From: a virus
Length of the DNA: 64,000 bases
Strand: one strand, 5' to 3'
IMG/VR virus record: IMGVR_UViG_3300036845_000456
Coordinates: 1 to 64,000 of that record
Under the pieces are notes generated by a model. It did not search any database and was not told the DNA's origin. It saw only the letters and a program-made list of their open reading frames with translations. Each line of letters begins with the position of its first letter. The first letter of the stretch is position 1. A program made the translations under genes and the position numbers. Positions 27,166-37,846 of the stretch are shown one piece after another.

Positions 27166-29984
27166 TGCCCTCGCGCACCGAAGAAGTCGTGTTGCGGGTC
27201 AGCCTGATTGCTGATGACGAGGCAACGAAAAAGGTTCAGGCGCTCAATCAGCAACTCAGCCAACTTGGCCAGCCGGCACAGCACGCGGCGCAGGCGGCGA
27301 CGAAGCAAGTTGGCGAATTCGAAAAAGCGCTCGGCAATCTGGCGCGCAGTGCGCTCGGCGTCACCAGTTCTTTAGTCGATCTGGCCAAGGTTATCGGGCC
27401 GGTCGGGGCCGGGGTGGCGCTGCTCGGCGTCGAGCTTTTCCGCAGCATCGGGCAGGCCAAGGAATGGGCCCGCGCCGTCGTGGACATGGGCAACGCGGCG
27501 CGCATGTCGGGGATGCAGCCGGGCCAGTTTCGCGATCTCGTTCAGCAGTTCCAGCGGGCCGGTGTCAGCGCGCAAAACGCGATGCAGACGATCGCGCAAT
27601 TCAATCGCGCGACCGCCGAGCTAACCATGGCCGGCAGCGCGCGGCGTGATTCACTGTTGCGGATGTCGGGCGCCTATCGCGACCAAATGGCCGATGCCAT
27701 CATTCGGGTTTCGACATATCGAACGACCTATGAAAAGTTCAACGAGGTTCGGCATCTCGGAGAGAATGCCTACAACAACGAACTAGAGAGATCGGGTGAC
27801 AAAACGCTGGCCCGTGAAAAGCAATTGATGTTGTTGGAGCAGTTTGGCGCATCGTGGCTGATCAACGTCAACAAAGACTTTACGCAGGCAGACGAGAGGC
27901 GTCTTCAGAATGCCGAAAAGGCATCCGAAAAGGCCAGCGAATTGAATGATGCGTTGACGGAGGAAGCGCAGACCCGCGAGGAAATTTTCAACAAAACATT
28001 AGGCTGGACGACTGATCTTGAAATCCGCATTGTCAAATTGGGAACCTTGCTTGAATCAAACATTTTAGATCGACTGAACCAAGTAACGGACCCGTGGGGT
28101 ACGCACCAAGGGGCCGGGGCACCCGCGCGACCAGCGCCGCCAGCGCAATCACTGGGTCAACGTTGGCGAAATGCGTGGGGCATTGGTGGCGGGCATCCGG
28201 CCGCGCAATTCCTCGGCGGCGACGCGGCAGATGTGCTGGGCCTTGCTCCGGGCTCGCTCGGCCATGGTGACATCACGAAAGGCTGGCGGCACTCGGAGAA
28301 CGTCGAGGATTCGCGCGATGCGCTCCAACAACATGTCGATGACGTCGCAAGGCATGGCACGGCGGTTGATACCAGCACCAAGGAATTCCACCAACTCAAT
28401 CAGAACGTCGAACGGCTCATAGACAACGGCGTATTTGGTCCGCCGGTCGCAATGGCTAAGGGCGGCGTTGTTAGAGGGGCCACGCATGCGCTTGTCGGCG
28501 AAGGGGGGCCAGAAGCGGTTATTGGCAGCAAGGGCGGAATGGCCGTCGTTAACAAACCGACACATATGGTTCTCGGTGCGGATCAAACACATGCGGTTGT
28601 GCCGCTTAAAACGGGCTACGGGACTGCTGCGGTTACGGAAGGCCAAGTGGCGTCTGCCGCAGGCGCGGCGCCACCACGGCCCCCTGGTGGTCCGGGTGGC
28701 GTAATATCGCCCGCAATCCTTCATGAAGCAGCGGCAATCGCCAAGACGGGTAATGAGGGAGCAGTCAAAGCATATATCCAATCCAAAGGTGTGCATGTTG
28801 ACGACGCTTGGTGCGGCGACTTCGTTGGCTCGATGATTAAAGCATCCGGCGGCGGTCTGCCCGAGGGATATGCGACCGGTTCAAGTTATTTGGCAAGGGG
28901 CTATCACGTTGATCCCGAGAACGTTCGACCAGGAGATTATGCAGCCTTCGAGATCGGCACGCACGGCAAATACAAAGGACTACCTGTACCGCCCGGAGAA
29001 GCCGGCGGTCATATCGGTGTTGTTGGTGAGGGCGGCTACAACCCGGAAACCAAACAATTTGAGATGGTTCAAGCCAATGTCTCGCGGGACTATTGGCGCT
29101 CGCCCCAAGGCATTGAATTTCGTCGCCCCTATGATGTTGGATCGGCTGATGCCGCCGCGATCGCCTATGGTCATGCGCTGTCTAGTACGCCTATGATGAT
29201 GGCCGAAGGTGGCACCGTTGTTCCGCAAGGTCACATCCCGCCGCGCTCACTGTTCTCAAAACAACAATTCCAAGATTATTTGGAACGCACGCAAGCCTTG
29301 TCGAACCCGGTCAGCGATATCGGTGCGGCGATGCAACGCGGCGCTGCCGGCGCGGCTCCGTGGCTCGGCCCGGTTTCCGATTATCGCGGCGCGGCGACAC
29401 CAGCCGAGGCGCTGAGTCATGCGACGTCGTCACGTTTATGGAGTGCATTCAGGGCCGTTGGTGGCGCAGCGGTGTCGCCGATTACGGGTGCTGTCGAAAC
29501 GACTGTCGGGCGCGCCTACGCGGCACTGACCGGGATGTCGCGCGAACAGGCAAACGAGGCCGCCGGCACGGCGGTTTCAGCGGCGCGTGGAATACCCGCG
29601 ATTAGTGATGTTACGCCGATGACTGGTGCCGCAAGAATGATCATGCAGGGGCTGAAACAAGGCGGGTCATTGGCGCCGCCGCAATCGCTCAGCGAGCTTG
29701 CCGGTGCTGGCGCGCTGCCCGCTGCCACCGGTCCTGCGACGGGCGCGGCAACGTTCACCGGGCGCGAGGACGATCGACGCGCGCTCGATCGTTCATTTGG
29801 TGGCGGTTTTGGCGGCGGCATGACCGAAGGCACGATCACGATCGAGCATCAGGAAACCGGGCGCAGTGGCCCGCGCAAGGCACCGCTGTTCCGCAAGCCA
29901 CAGATTGCTCGGCAAACGCAGATGCAGCCCGCCGAGCACGGTCCCGACAATCATTGGTCGAACAGTGAAGATGTGGTGCACTGA
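27165..29984 (+). CDS. Tape-measure-like protein 2 (paralogue) with CHAP/NlpC-P60-like domain
   Basis: N-terminal ~300 aa homologous to 23830-27165; AWCGDFV...RPGD...GHIGVV. Confidence 0.75.
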   Translation: MPSRTEEVVLRVSLIADDEATKKVQALNQQLSQLGQPAQHAAQAATKQVGEFEKALGNLARSALGVTSSLVDLAKVIGPVGAGVALLGVELFRSIGQAKEWARAVVDMGNAARMSGMQPGQFRDLVQQFQRAGVSAQNAMQTIAQFNRATAELTMAGSARRDSLLRMSGAYRDQMADAIIRVSTYRTTYEKFNEVRHLGENAYNNELERSGDKTLAREKQLMLLEQFGASWLINVNKDFTQADERRLQNAEKASEKASELNDALTEEAQTREEIFNKTLGWTTDLEIRIVKLGTLLESNILDRLNQVTDPWGTHQGAGAPARPAPPAQSLGQRWRNAWGIGGGHPAAQFLGGDAADVLGLAPGSLGHGDITKGWRHSENVEDSRDALQQHVDDVARHGTAVDTSTKEFHQLNQNVERLIDNGVFGPPVAMAKGGVVRGATHALVGEGGPEAVIGSKGGMAVVNKPTHMVLGADQTHAVVPLKTGYGTAAVTEGQVASAAGAAPPRPPGGPGGVISPAILHEAAAIAKTGNEGAVKAYIQSKGVHVDDAWCGDFVGSMIKASGGGLPEGYATGSSYLARGYHVDPENVRPGDYAAFEIGTHGKYKGLPVPPGEAGGHIGVVGEGGYNPETKQFEMVQANVSRDYWRSPQGIEFRRPYDVGSADAAAIAYGHALSSTPMMMAEGGTVVPQGHIPPRSLFSKQQFQDYLERTQALSNPVSDIGAAMQRGAAGAAPWLGPVSDYRGAATPAEALSHATSSRLWSAFRAVGGAAVSPITGAVETTVGRAYAALTGMSREQANEAAGTAVSAARGIPAISDVTPMTGAARMIMQGLKQGGSLAPPQSLSELAGAGALPAATGPATGAATFTGREDDRRALDRSFGGGFGGGMTEGTITIEHQETGRSGPRKAPLFRKPQIARQTQMQPAEHGPDNHWSNSEDVVH

Positions 29985-29987
29985 GCC

Positions 29988-30572
29988 ATGGCCTCGATCT
30001 TCGCCGTCAGCACCAAATATCATAAGCAATTCATCGGCAATCCATGGCGCGATGATCTCGTGCCAGCGTCGTTTCGCGGCGCCGAGTTTCATTGCGAAGC
30101 AAACAGTTTGGAGAGTGGCCGCCGCTTAGTGCAGCACGAATTTCCCAAGCGTGATATCAACTATTGCGAGGACATGGGACACAAAGCCATTAGCTGGACG
30201 GTGCGTGGCTATTTGATTGTCTATCCGGTGGACGTGACCGGGTCCGATCTTTATCAGCGCGACTACCGCACCCCGCGCGATGCGCTCTATCGGGTGCTGG
30301 CGGACGGCCAAGCTGGCGTTTTGCAGACGCCGACATATCCGCCGATCAGCGTATGGTGTCAGCGTTTTCGCTTTACTGAGGAAGAAAAGCTTGGCGGCTA
30401 CTGCACGGTCGATATGACGTTCTTCGAGGCGGGCACCGAAACCTACGCGCTGCAAGACACGCGCACCGCGCTGATCAACACATCGACTGACTTACGCGAC
30501 CGCGTAGTGACGCAGTTGATCGGCGTTCAGACGGGTGTCGCCACGCCGATAGCGCTAGTGCCGGGATCATAA
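29988..30572 (+). CDS. DNA circularisation protein N-terminal domain (Mu gpN-like)
   Basis: PASFRGAEF, GRRLVQHEFPKRD...EDMG motifs. Confidence 0.85.
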   Translation: MASIFAVSTKYHKQFIGNPWRDDLVPASFRGAEFHCEANSLESGRRLVQHEFPKRDINYCEDMGHKAISWTVRGYLIVYPVDVTGSDLYQRDYRTPRDALYRVLADGQAGVLQTPTYPPISVWCQRFRFTEEEKLGGYCTVDMTFFEAGTETYALQDTRTALINTSTDLRDRVVTQLIGVQTGVATPIALVPGS

Positions 30573-30576
30573 ACAA

Positions 30577-31245
30577 ATGGACAAGGTTGACGCGCAAGAG
30601 GCCAGCGGCATCGTGATCCGCATGATGACGCAGCTTGCGGCGACCGTGCCGGCGAGCGGTGTCAGCGGCGCCAGCGCCAGGGCGGCGATCGGCGACGTCA
30701 CCGCCAACGCCTATATCTGGCTGCGCAACGATACGCTCGGGCCGCCGCTCAACAACGTGTTCCTGCTCGCGGTGCAGAACGGCTGTACCTATCAGCAAAT
30801 GGAGATCGTGCGCGCCTCGATCGTCGCCGAAGCACCGCAGACGCTGGGCGCCGTGCTGGTGCAGAATTGCGGCATCGAGCTATGCCTCGCCAGCGAAGGT
30901 GAGATCATCGCCAATACGGCGTTCGTCAGTCGGCAAGACGTGCAGATGATGAAGGAATCGATTCAGCAGCCGTTTCAGGATTCGATCGAGATTGCTGCCG
31001 ATGACATGGATCAAGAGACGTTCGCCGATATAAGCGCGCTCTACGCGGCGGTGACCAACCATCTTGTGGTGACCGCGCGGCCGTTGCCGCAGTTGCTGAA
31101 TTATCGGTTCAATCAAGTGCTGCCGACGCTGGTGATTGCGCAGCGGCTGTATGCCGATGCCAGCCGTGCCGACGAGATCAGGGCGGAAAATAAAATCGTC
31201 CATCCTTTGTTCGCGCCTGTCGAAGGCGTGGCGTTATCCGCGTGA
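30577..31245 (+). CDS. Mu gpN C-terminal-like protein (encoded as a separate ORF)
   Basis: PTLVIAQRLYADASRADEI..EN.IVHPLF C-terminal motif. Confidence 0.7.
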   Translation: MDKVDAQEASGIVIRMMTQLAATVPASGVSGASARAAIGDVTANAYIWLRNDTLGPPLNNVFLLAVQNGCTYQQMEIVRASIVAEAPQTLGAVLVQNCGIELCLASEGEIIANTAFVSRQDVQMMKESIQQPFQDSIEIAADDMDQETFADISALYAAVTNHLVVTARPLPQLLNYRFNQVLPTLVIAQRLYADASRADEIRAENKIVHPLFAPVEGVALSA

Positions 31246-31251
31246 ACTCAC

Positions 31252-32526
31252 ATGCCGCCAACTCAGTTCAAGCCGTCGGAAATCGCCACGCTTAATGTCA
31301 ACGGCATTAACTATCGAGAATGGGAAACGGTGTGGGCGCAAGAGCGCTGGAACGAATCGTTTTCGTTTTTTCGTTTCACCACGGCCGAGCGCAAGCCGAT
31401 CCCGCTCAGCGCGGCGATTACCTTGGCCGACATACAGGCAGGCATATTCGGGACGCAGCCGATTCCAGATATCCCGGTCTATGTCTGTGACAAGCTCGTA
31501 CTGACGCTAGGCGGTTCGCCTGCGATCGCTGGCTACGTCACGCAGCGCCAAGTCGCCTACGACAAAGAGCGCCATCAGGTATTGCTGATCGGCAAGTCGG
31601 CAACGTTCTGGCCGTTCAAGTCGCACATCAAGACCGAACAGGCCAAAATGGACGGCTTCGACATCATGAAGGTCGCCAATACGCTGATCGGCCCGCTCGG
31701 GGTGACAGTGCGGGCCGTTGGCGCTCCTGACTCGCGACCATTCGATAAATTGCAGGCGCCGCCGGGCGGAAACATTTGGGAGTTTTTGGAAAAGCTGGCG
31801 CGTCAACGCTCGGCGATTCTCGGCTCCAATGCGGCGGGCGAAGCGTTGCTGATCTTCGATCATACTTGGGGCTCGGCGGTCGATACCTTGGCCGAAGGCG
31901 TCAACATCAAAAAGATGCAGGCGGTCATTTCGATCGAGGACCAGTGGGGCGATATCGAAGTGCTCGGTCAGACGTCCGGCGACGACCAGAAAAATGGTCC
32001 CGACGCCAATGAAATGGTGGCCCATGCCAGCGGTCAAAGCTGTATCGCGGCCAATTGCGTCATCCCGGTCGAGGAACCGGTTCGCGGCCAGGATGAACTT
32101 CAGACGCGCGCCGACTTCGAAGCCAAGTGGACGGATGGCACGAAGAAAACAGCGTTGATCACGGTGTATGGATGGTTCAGCGCATACGGGCTTTGGCATG
32201 CTGGCCAGAATGTTGCTGTGTATTCGCCGAGCGTTCCGTTGAATGAAGTGATGAAAATCAAAACCTGCACCTGGACGCAGGACAGCGAGAACGGCACCGA
32301 AACCGTGCTCGAATGCGTGAACCCGGCCGCACTCAACGACGACACGCAAATCAACGTCGGCAATCCGCTTTCGACGGCCGATCCCGCGCCAGCGAATATC
32401 AAGAACGTTAAGTACAACATAACCGATATTCGCGCGGCGATAATCGGCGCGAGCGGCAGCGACATTTTCCTGAAGCAAGCGCTGGCGCCGAAAGACTTAC
32501 CAGAAACACCGATCCCAATGCCGTGA
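31252..32526 (+). CDS. Baseplate hub (Mu gpP-like)
   Basis: LNVNG..Y..W; WEFLEKLARQR; LAEGVNIK; synteny. Confidence 0.8.
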   Translation: MPPTQFKPSEIATLNVNGINYREWETVWAQERWNESFSFFRFTTAERKPIPLSAAITLADIQAGIFGTQPIPDIPVYVCDKLVLTLGGSPAIAGYVTQRQVAYDKERHQVLLIGKSATFWPFKSHIKTEQAKMDGFDIMKVANTLIGPLGVTVRAVGAPDSRPFDKLQAPPGGNIWEFLEKLARQRSAILGSNAAGEALLIFDHTWGSAVDTLAEGVNIKKMQAVISIEDQWGDIEVLGQTSGDDQKNGPDANEMVAHASGQSCIAANCVIPVEEPVRGQDELQTRADFEAKWTDGTKKTALITVYGWFSAYGLWHAGQNVAVYSPSVPLNEVMKIKTCTWTQDSENGTETVLECVNPAALNDDTQINVGNPLSTADPAPANIKNVKYNITDIRAAIIGASGSDIFLKQALAPKDLPETPIPMP

Positions 32527-32535
32527 GGTAGAACC

Positions 32536-33447
32536 ATGGTGCATCGCGCAACAGGCCAAGCCACATCATTTCGCGGCTACATCGGCGGGGGCGCCCGCTC
32601 AAGCGTCGATACAATCAACGACACCACGCTCATGCAGAGCATGGCGGGCAACTTCATGAATGGCGAGTCGCGCGAGGGGATCGAGGCACCGCAGAACTAC
32701 GGCTCAAGCTCGATTTGTCTACCGGCAGTCAAGGATATCTTGGGCAAAATCCAGCAATGCGCGGAAGTCGTGCAGAACTTCATCGGTGGTAGCCGCTCGT
32801 ATCCAATCGCCGGTAACATGGATGATCGTCGCCACCGTCTCATGGGGCTTGACCCTGGCGACAACTCGATGTTCTCGACACAGGGCCGGAAGCAACAAAT
32901 CCAGATGGCTGTGGAAGGAATATTCCACAGCCTGCCGATGGATAAGACCATGCGTATGGCGCTGCTCGATGAGCAGACCGAGCAGGATATGAGCAGCAAG
33001 AGCTATCAGAATCAGCAGACGGCGCAGCAAGCTGGCGGGCGCGCGCATGAAGCGGCGCGGGAGGCGTTGCGTTTCGGCATTATCAAGGACCTGATGCAGC
33101 CGCTGGTCAAGCCGAGGCGCGGAGTGCCGACTCTGTATGACCCCGGCGGCACCGGCAGCGCCACGGAGGGGACCAACGCCTTCGGCAGCTACGGCGGCGG
33201 CAACCGCATGGGGCAGAAATCGCTGAAGGACAAAAATCAGCAGTCCAAGCGCTTCATGCATCTGACTCAGGATGAAGCGGCTTCGAGCGGCACCAACGTT
33301 CGGCACTATTTGGATGACGGCAACGGCTACTATGAAGTCAACACGGACAAGAATGTTTATGTGGGTGCGTTGAAGGGCAAGGGCAGCTTCGCAAAAATCG
33401 TCACGCTCAAGGGCCCGATGAAAAACGGCTTGGGCAAGATTGGCTGA
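32536..33447 (+). CDS. Baseplate spike/assembly protein (Mu gp45-like)
   Basis: E.PQNYG.SS, GGSRS, DDRRHR..GL.PGD motifs. Confidence 0.75.
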   Translation: MVHRATGQATSFRGYIGGGARSSVDTINDTTLMQSMAGNFMNGESREGIEAPQNYGSSSICLPAVKDILGKIQQCAEVVQNFIGGSRSYPIAGNMDDRRHRLMGLDPGDNSMFSTQGRKQQIQMAVEGIFHSLPMDKTMRMALLDEQTEQDMSSKSYQNQQTAQQAGGRAHEAAREALRFGIIKDLMQPLVKPRRGVPTLYDPGGTGSATEGTNAFGSYGGGNRMGQKSLKDKNQQSKRFMHLTQDEAASSGTNVRHYLDDGNGYYEVNTDKNVYVGALKGKGSFAKIVTLKGPMKNGLGKIG

Positions 33448-33453
33448 TCGCCC

Positions 33454-34014
33454 ATGCCGCCAGTTCCCGCAAGACGCTGGGATGTGCCGGCGCCGAGCCC
33501 GTGCCCGGACATCCGGCTTGTCCAGAATCTCTACTTTCCGAAATACTCGGTCACGCTGGATTGGCGGTTGCTGGATGACGGTCGGCTTGACGATACGCAA
33601 GCGCTCGCCACCGCACTGTGCGTCGCGCTCGGCACCGACGGGCTCGCTTCGACCGACGATCAGCTTCCTGATCCTGACTCCAGCGACCGCGAGGGTTGGT
33701 GGGGCGACTTCGATGCTGGTCCGATCTGGAACGGCTGGCCGATCGGCTCGAAGCTGTGGTTGATGCGGCGCGCGGCGATCGAAAGCCCGAACGCCTTGCG
33801 CGGGGCGACCGTCGCGCGGATCAAGCATTACATCTTCGCCTGCGTGCAGCCGTTCGTGGATAACCGTATCGCCACGACCTACACGGTGAACGTCGTGCGC
33901 GCCGATGTGCAACGAATCGATGCTTTGATTGTCGTCTATCGCGGCAACACGCCAGCCGTCGAGTTGCGCTACGCGATTCTGTGGGACGAATTCGTCAGCA
34001 CCGCCTCCCGGTAA
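33454..34014 (+). CDS. Baseplate protein (Mu gp46-like)
   Basis: L.TA....L.TD, GWWGD, GSKLWL.RR motifs. Confidence 0.85.
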   Translation: MPPVPARRWDVPAPSPCPDIRLVQNLYFPKYSVTLDWRLLDDGRLDDTQALATALCVALGTDGLASTDDQLPDPDSSDREGWWGDFDAGPIWNGWPIGSKLWLMRRAAIESPNALRGATVARIKHYIFACVQPFVDNRIATTYTVNVVRADVQRIDALIVVYRGNTPAVELRYAILWDEFVSTASR

Positions 34015-34022
34015 ACAATCCC

Positions 34023-35099
34023 ATGCCCTGGTCAACGCCGACTTTGCGCCAAGTGCGCAGCCTTGTGCGCGACAACGTCAACGCCATTCTCCCAGGCGCG
34101 GACGCGGCCGTGCCGAACAGCGTTTTGCGCGTCGTGTCTGATGTGACCGGCGCGACCTGTCATCTCACGCTGCAATATGTTGATTGGTTAGCTTTGCAGT
34201 TGCTGCCAGACACCGCCGAATCAATTTGGTTGGACCGGCACGCCAACATATGGCTGGTGAATGACGACGGCTCGATCGGCCGTAAGGTGGCGACGCTGGC
34301 CAGTGGCATCGTCAACATGAGCGGCAATATTTGGGCCGTCATTCCAGCCGGAACATCGCTGAACGTCGGTTCAGTTTACTACGAGACAACGCAGCAAGTG
34401 ACGGTGACATCAGGCTCGGCGCCTGTGCCTGTCCCGACGCGCGCGATTGATCCTGGCGCCGCTGGCAATCTCGATCCCGGCGCGACAATGGGCGTGAATG
34501 CGGCGGTTGGCATTGATCCGACCGCGACCGTCGTGACGATGCAGGGAGGCACCGACACCGAGACGGACGAGGAATTACGTTCGCGGGTGTTACTGCGGAT
34601 TCGCGAGCCACCAATGGGTGGCGATGCGACCGACTACGTTGAATGGGCGCTCGCGGTCCCTGGCGTAACGCGCGCATGGCCGTTCCCGCAAGAGATGGGC
34701 ATCGGCACGATGACCTTGCGCTTCATGATGGACGACTTGCGCGCGGGCAATGGCGGGTTTCCATTGCCGGACGATGTCGATGCGGTCGCCGCCTACATCA
34801 ACAAGGTACGGCCGGTCACCGTCAAAGACATGTTTGTCGTCTGCCCAATCCCCTATCCGGTCAACGCGCGCATCGCGTATCTGGATGCCGATAATCATGC
34901 GGTGCATGACGCCATCGTCACCAGCTTGTTGAACCAATTCCTGGTGCGCTCGAAGCCTGGGCAGACGTGGTATCGCGCGTGGCTCGATGAAGCCATCATG
35001 AGCGCGCCCGGCGTCAACGCGTATGATCTGATCGCCAGCGATGTTGCGATGCCAAGCAGCGGCTACATGCCCGTGCTGGGCGACGTGACTTATGGATAA
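34023..35099 (+). CDS. Baseplate J-like wedge protein (Mu gp47-like)
   Basis: QLLPDTAE..WLDRHA; GGTDTETDEELRSR; PPMGG...DYVEWALAVPGVTRAW. Confidence 0.9.
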   Translation: MPWSTPTLRQVRSLVRDNVNAILPGADAAVPNSVLRVVSDVTGATCHLTLQYVDWLALQLLPDTAESIWLDRHANIWLVNDDGSIGRKVATLASGIVNMSGNIWAVIPAGTSLNVGSVYYETTQQVTVTSGSAPVPVPTRAIDPGAAGNLDPGATMGVNAAVGIDPTATVVTMQGGTDTETDEELRSRVLLRIREPPMGGDATDYVEWALAVPGVTRAWPFPQEMGIGTMTLRFMMDDLRAGNGGFPLPDDVDAVAAYINKVRPVTVKDMFVVCPIPYPVNARIAYLDADNHAVHDAIVTSLLNQFLVRSKPGQTWYRAWLDEAIMSAPGVNAYDLIASDVAMPSSGYMPVLGDVTYG

Positions 35100-35102
35100 A
35101 TC

Positions 35103-35825
35103 ATGGCCGACCAACATGTGCGGCGCAGTGGCGACGATTACGCTCAAGGCATGCTTGAGCTACTGCCGCATGGTCAGGCATGGCCGCGCTCGCCCGATAG
35201 CACGCTCGTCAACGTCGTTGAAGGACTCGCTCAATATTGGGGATTTGTCGATGGCCGGGCCGCCGACTTGTTGGAGACTGAATCCGATCCGCGCAAAACG
35301 ATCGAGCTATTGCCGGATTGGGAGCGTGCCTGGGGCCTGCCTGATCCGTGCCTGATTAATCCGCCGCGCGACCTGACCAGCCGCCACAAGGCGCTGGTCG
35401 CCAAGATAACGTTGCTGGGCTCGCAATCGCGGGCGTTCTACATCGGCGTTGCGGCGGCGCTCGGCTATCTGATCACGATCACCGAATATTCGCCGTACAT
35501 GTGCGGCGTGTCGCGCTGCGGCAATCGCAGCAAGATTTTCAATCCCGACGATCCGACGCGGATGTTCTGGCAATTGGGCAAGCCGGAAATCCGCTATTAC
35601 TGGACCGTGCATGTCGCGGCGGTGAAGCTGGTCAAGTTCCGCGTGGCGTCGAGTCAGACTGGCATCAATCGATTGCTGGAAATCTACGGGCCCTATGATC
35701 TGGAATGCATCTTGAACAGATGGAAGCCGGCGCACACCGAAATCGTGTGGGACTTCTCGCCGTTGTGGGCGCTGGACTATACGAATCCATTCAATACGCA
35801 GTATCTGCCGATGGGGATACCCTAA
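35103..35825 (+). CDS. Baseplate wedge protein (Mu gp48/DUF2313-like)
   Basis: LLP.GQAW; ELLPDWERAWGLPD; LEC.LNRWKPAHT. Confidence 0.85.
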   Translation: MADQHVRRSGDDYAQGMLELLPHGQAWPRSPDSTLVNVVEGLAQYWGFVDGRAADLLETESDPRKTIELLPDWERAWGLPDPCLINPPRDLTSRHKALVAKITLLGSQSRAFYIGVAAALGYLITITEYSPYMCGVSRCGNRSKIFNPDDPTRMFWQLGKPEIRYYWTVHVAAVKLVKFRVASSQTGINRLLEIYGPYDLECILNRWKPAHTEIVWDFSPLWALDYTNPFNTQYLPMGIP

Positions 35826-36515
35826 ATGGCCGACAACAAACAAATCAAGGACGGGCTGGGCAATCTGTTCTATCTGCGCAGCCGCGACGTGTCAGCCGGC
35901 CAGGATGGCACCTTGCAGCGGTCGCTGTTCTTGGCCACGCCGTATGCGCTCGACTACAAGCCGGGCGGCATCTTTCAGCGCTGCGATACGAGCGGGGCGT
36001 TCCTGTCCGGCCTGGGCAGCTTGAGCCCGGTCTATTCGTTCCAGTGGACGGCCACGACCTTGGTCGCCGCGATCACGCGCCTGCGCTTCCAGGTTTGGTC
36101 GGGGGGCACGGCCTTCGCATCAACGGCGATCGGCACTTTCAATATGATCACAGCGCGAGGGTTTACGAGTCCTGATTCCGGCGGCACGGAAGATTACTTT
36201 GGCGACGGCAGCAATCGGCTGCGGGCGGATATGACGAATGCCGTGGCGGCGATCATGATCGCCAACAATTCTGCGCTCACGCCCGGCACGCGCACCTTGG
36301 ATTCGGCGCCGCTCGACCAACGCAGCTTCATGATCCCGACCACGGCCAACACGATGTTCAGCCCGGCGCCGATAACTCTGTTTGAGAAGTTGAACGGGGA
36401 GCATCCGTTGATCCTTCAGGCCAACGAGGGGTTCGTCGTCAGAGCGCAAGTTCCTGGCAGCGGGTCATGGAGCTTCGCCATTACGCTCGAATGGGCGGGC
36501 ATCCCGAATTACTGA
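35826..36515 (+). CDS. Hypothetical tail-region protein
   Basis: 229 aa ORF abutting its neighbours. Confidence 0.6.
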   Translation: MADNKQIKDGLGNLFYLRSRDVSAGQDGTLQRSLFLATPYALDYKPGGIFQRCDTSGAFLSGLGSLSPVYSFQWTATTLVAAITRLRFQVWSGGTAFASTAIGTFNMITARGFTSPDSGGTEDYFGDGSNRLRADMTNAVAAIMIANNSALTPGTRTLDSAPLDQRSFMIPTTANTMFSPAPITLFEKLNGEHPLILQANEGFVVRAQVPGSGSWSFAITLEWAGIPNY

Positions 36516-36528
36516 GGGGAGATAACCA

Positions 36529-37836
36529 GTGCTCTACAATCAACCTTTTGATCAGCCTGCCAATCCCAATGCGCCATACGTCGATGGCGATCCCGACGCC
36601 GGGATCGAAGGCTCGATCGTGCCCGCAGGCGGTGTTGAGTTTGATCAACGCGAAGTGGTTGAAGTCATCAACGCGGCTTACACGCGCCATTACAGCGACT
36701 TCAGCAACACGGCGTGTGCGGCGCCGAGCAACGGCGACCTGACACAGCTACGCAAAGCGATCGAAGGCTTCATCCGTACTACGCCGATTCCGCAATGGTA
36801 CATCGACAACGTGGTGAACTATCAGGTGCACGGCACGGGCGCCAAGTATTTTGACTTGAACGTCGCGTTCGAGGACTTATCCAAGTTTATCATCACGCAC
36901 AACGGGTTCGTAACGTTGGCATGCGCGGCCGGCAAGTGGACCTATGGTGCGGTCGGAGTGTCGCTCGACCATCCGAACGGCAATCGCATCACTGTCGCGG
37001 GCGCCGCCATGTTGTCGCTGCCAGTGTCCACCGACTTCACTGTGACCGGCTATGACGCCACGTCGCGAGCGAATGATCGCAACAATAACCTCACCAGATT
37101 GCGGACGCGCTTCGCCACCGAATTCGATTTTAGTTCGGGGCAGGGTGTTTACGCCTCGTGCGTCGGCATGGCGTTCAAAAACATCTTGATCGTTGGGGAC
37201 CGCTCCGCGAAGGGCGGGTTTGGTGTGCTGCAAGGGCAACTGAACGTGGCCAATGTGTCGGTGTGGGGAGGCTATGTTGGCGTCGGCGGCGGTTTGTTGT
37301 CGCTCACGGATGGCAGCTTTTTCTCCGGGACTGGCAGCACTGGCCACGGCATCGGCCTCGCCAGCGGCGGCAACATGTGGCACGGCGTAAATACTCAGGT
37401 TTGGACCACGTCCAACGACAACAACGGAGTCGGGGCTGGCTTTGACTGCGGCGCCAATGGTTACGCGCAGTTCTTCGCCGAAGGCAATGCTTGGTCCGGG
37501 TTGATGTGCAGCATCATCGGTCAGTATCAGGTGGGGTCAAACTCGAAGTTCAGCTATAATGCGCAGCAAGGCGTGTTTTTAGATCAGGGCAGCTTCTACG
37601 CCGACAATTCTACGGGGGCCGCACAGTTCGTGAACAACGGTGGCCCGGCTGGCCTGTACGTGACAGTTCAATCGTCAGCCCAATGCCCCGGTGCGCAGTT
37701 CTCAGGCAATGGCGGTCCCAGTGTAACAGCGGGTTATGGCAGCATCATTAATGCGCCGGGGGCAGCGGGTGTCATTGGTACTTGCTCACCAGCGGCGAAT
37801 GTGCTGAGCGCCGACGGGTCATACATCTTGGTATGA
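36529..37836 (+). CDS. Tail fibre/spike protein with beta-helix-like C-terminus
   Basis: YVDGDP..G..GS, QREVVEVI, DLTQL.KAI baseplate-anchor motif; Gly/Asn-rich repeats. Confidence 0.75.
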   Translation: MLYNQPFDQPANPNAPYVDGDPDAGIEGSIVPAGGVEFDQREVVEVINAAYTRHYSDFSNTACAAPSNGDLTQLRKAIEGFIRTTPIPQWYIDNVVNYQVHGTGAKYFDLNVAFEDLSKFIITHNGFVTLACAAGKWTYGAVGVSLDHPNGNRITVAGAAMLSLPVSTDFTVTGYDATSRANDRNNNLTRLRTRFATEFDFSSGQGVYASCVGMAFKNILIVGDRSAKGGFGVLQGQLNVANVSVWGGYVGVGGGLLSLTDGSFFSGTGSTGHGIGLASGGNMWHGVNTQVWTTSNDNNGVGAGFDCGANGYAQFFAEGNAWSGLMCSIIGQYQVGSNSKFSYNAQQGVFLDQGSFYADNSTGAAQFVNNGGPAGLYVTVQSSAQCPGAQFSGNGGPSVTAGYGSIINAPGAAGVIGTCSPAANVLSADGSYILV

Positions 37837-37846
37837 GGATCAACAA

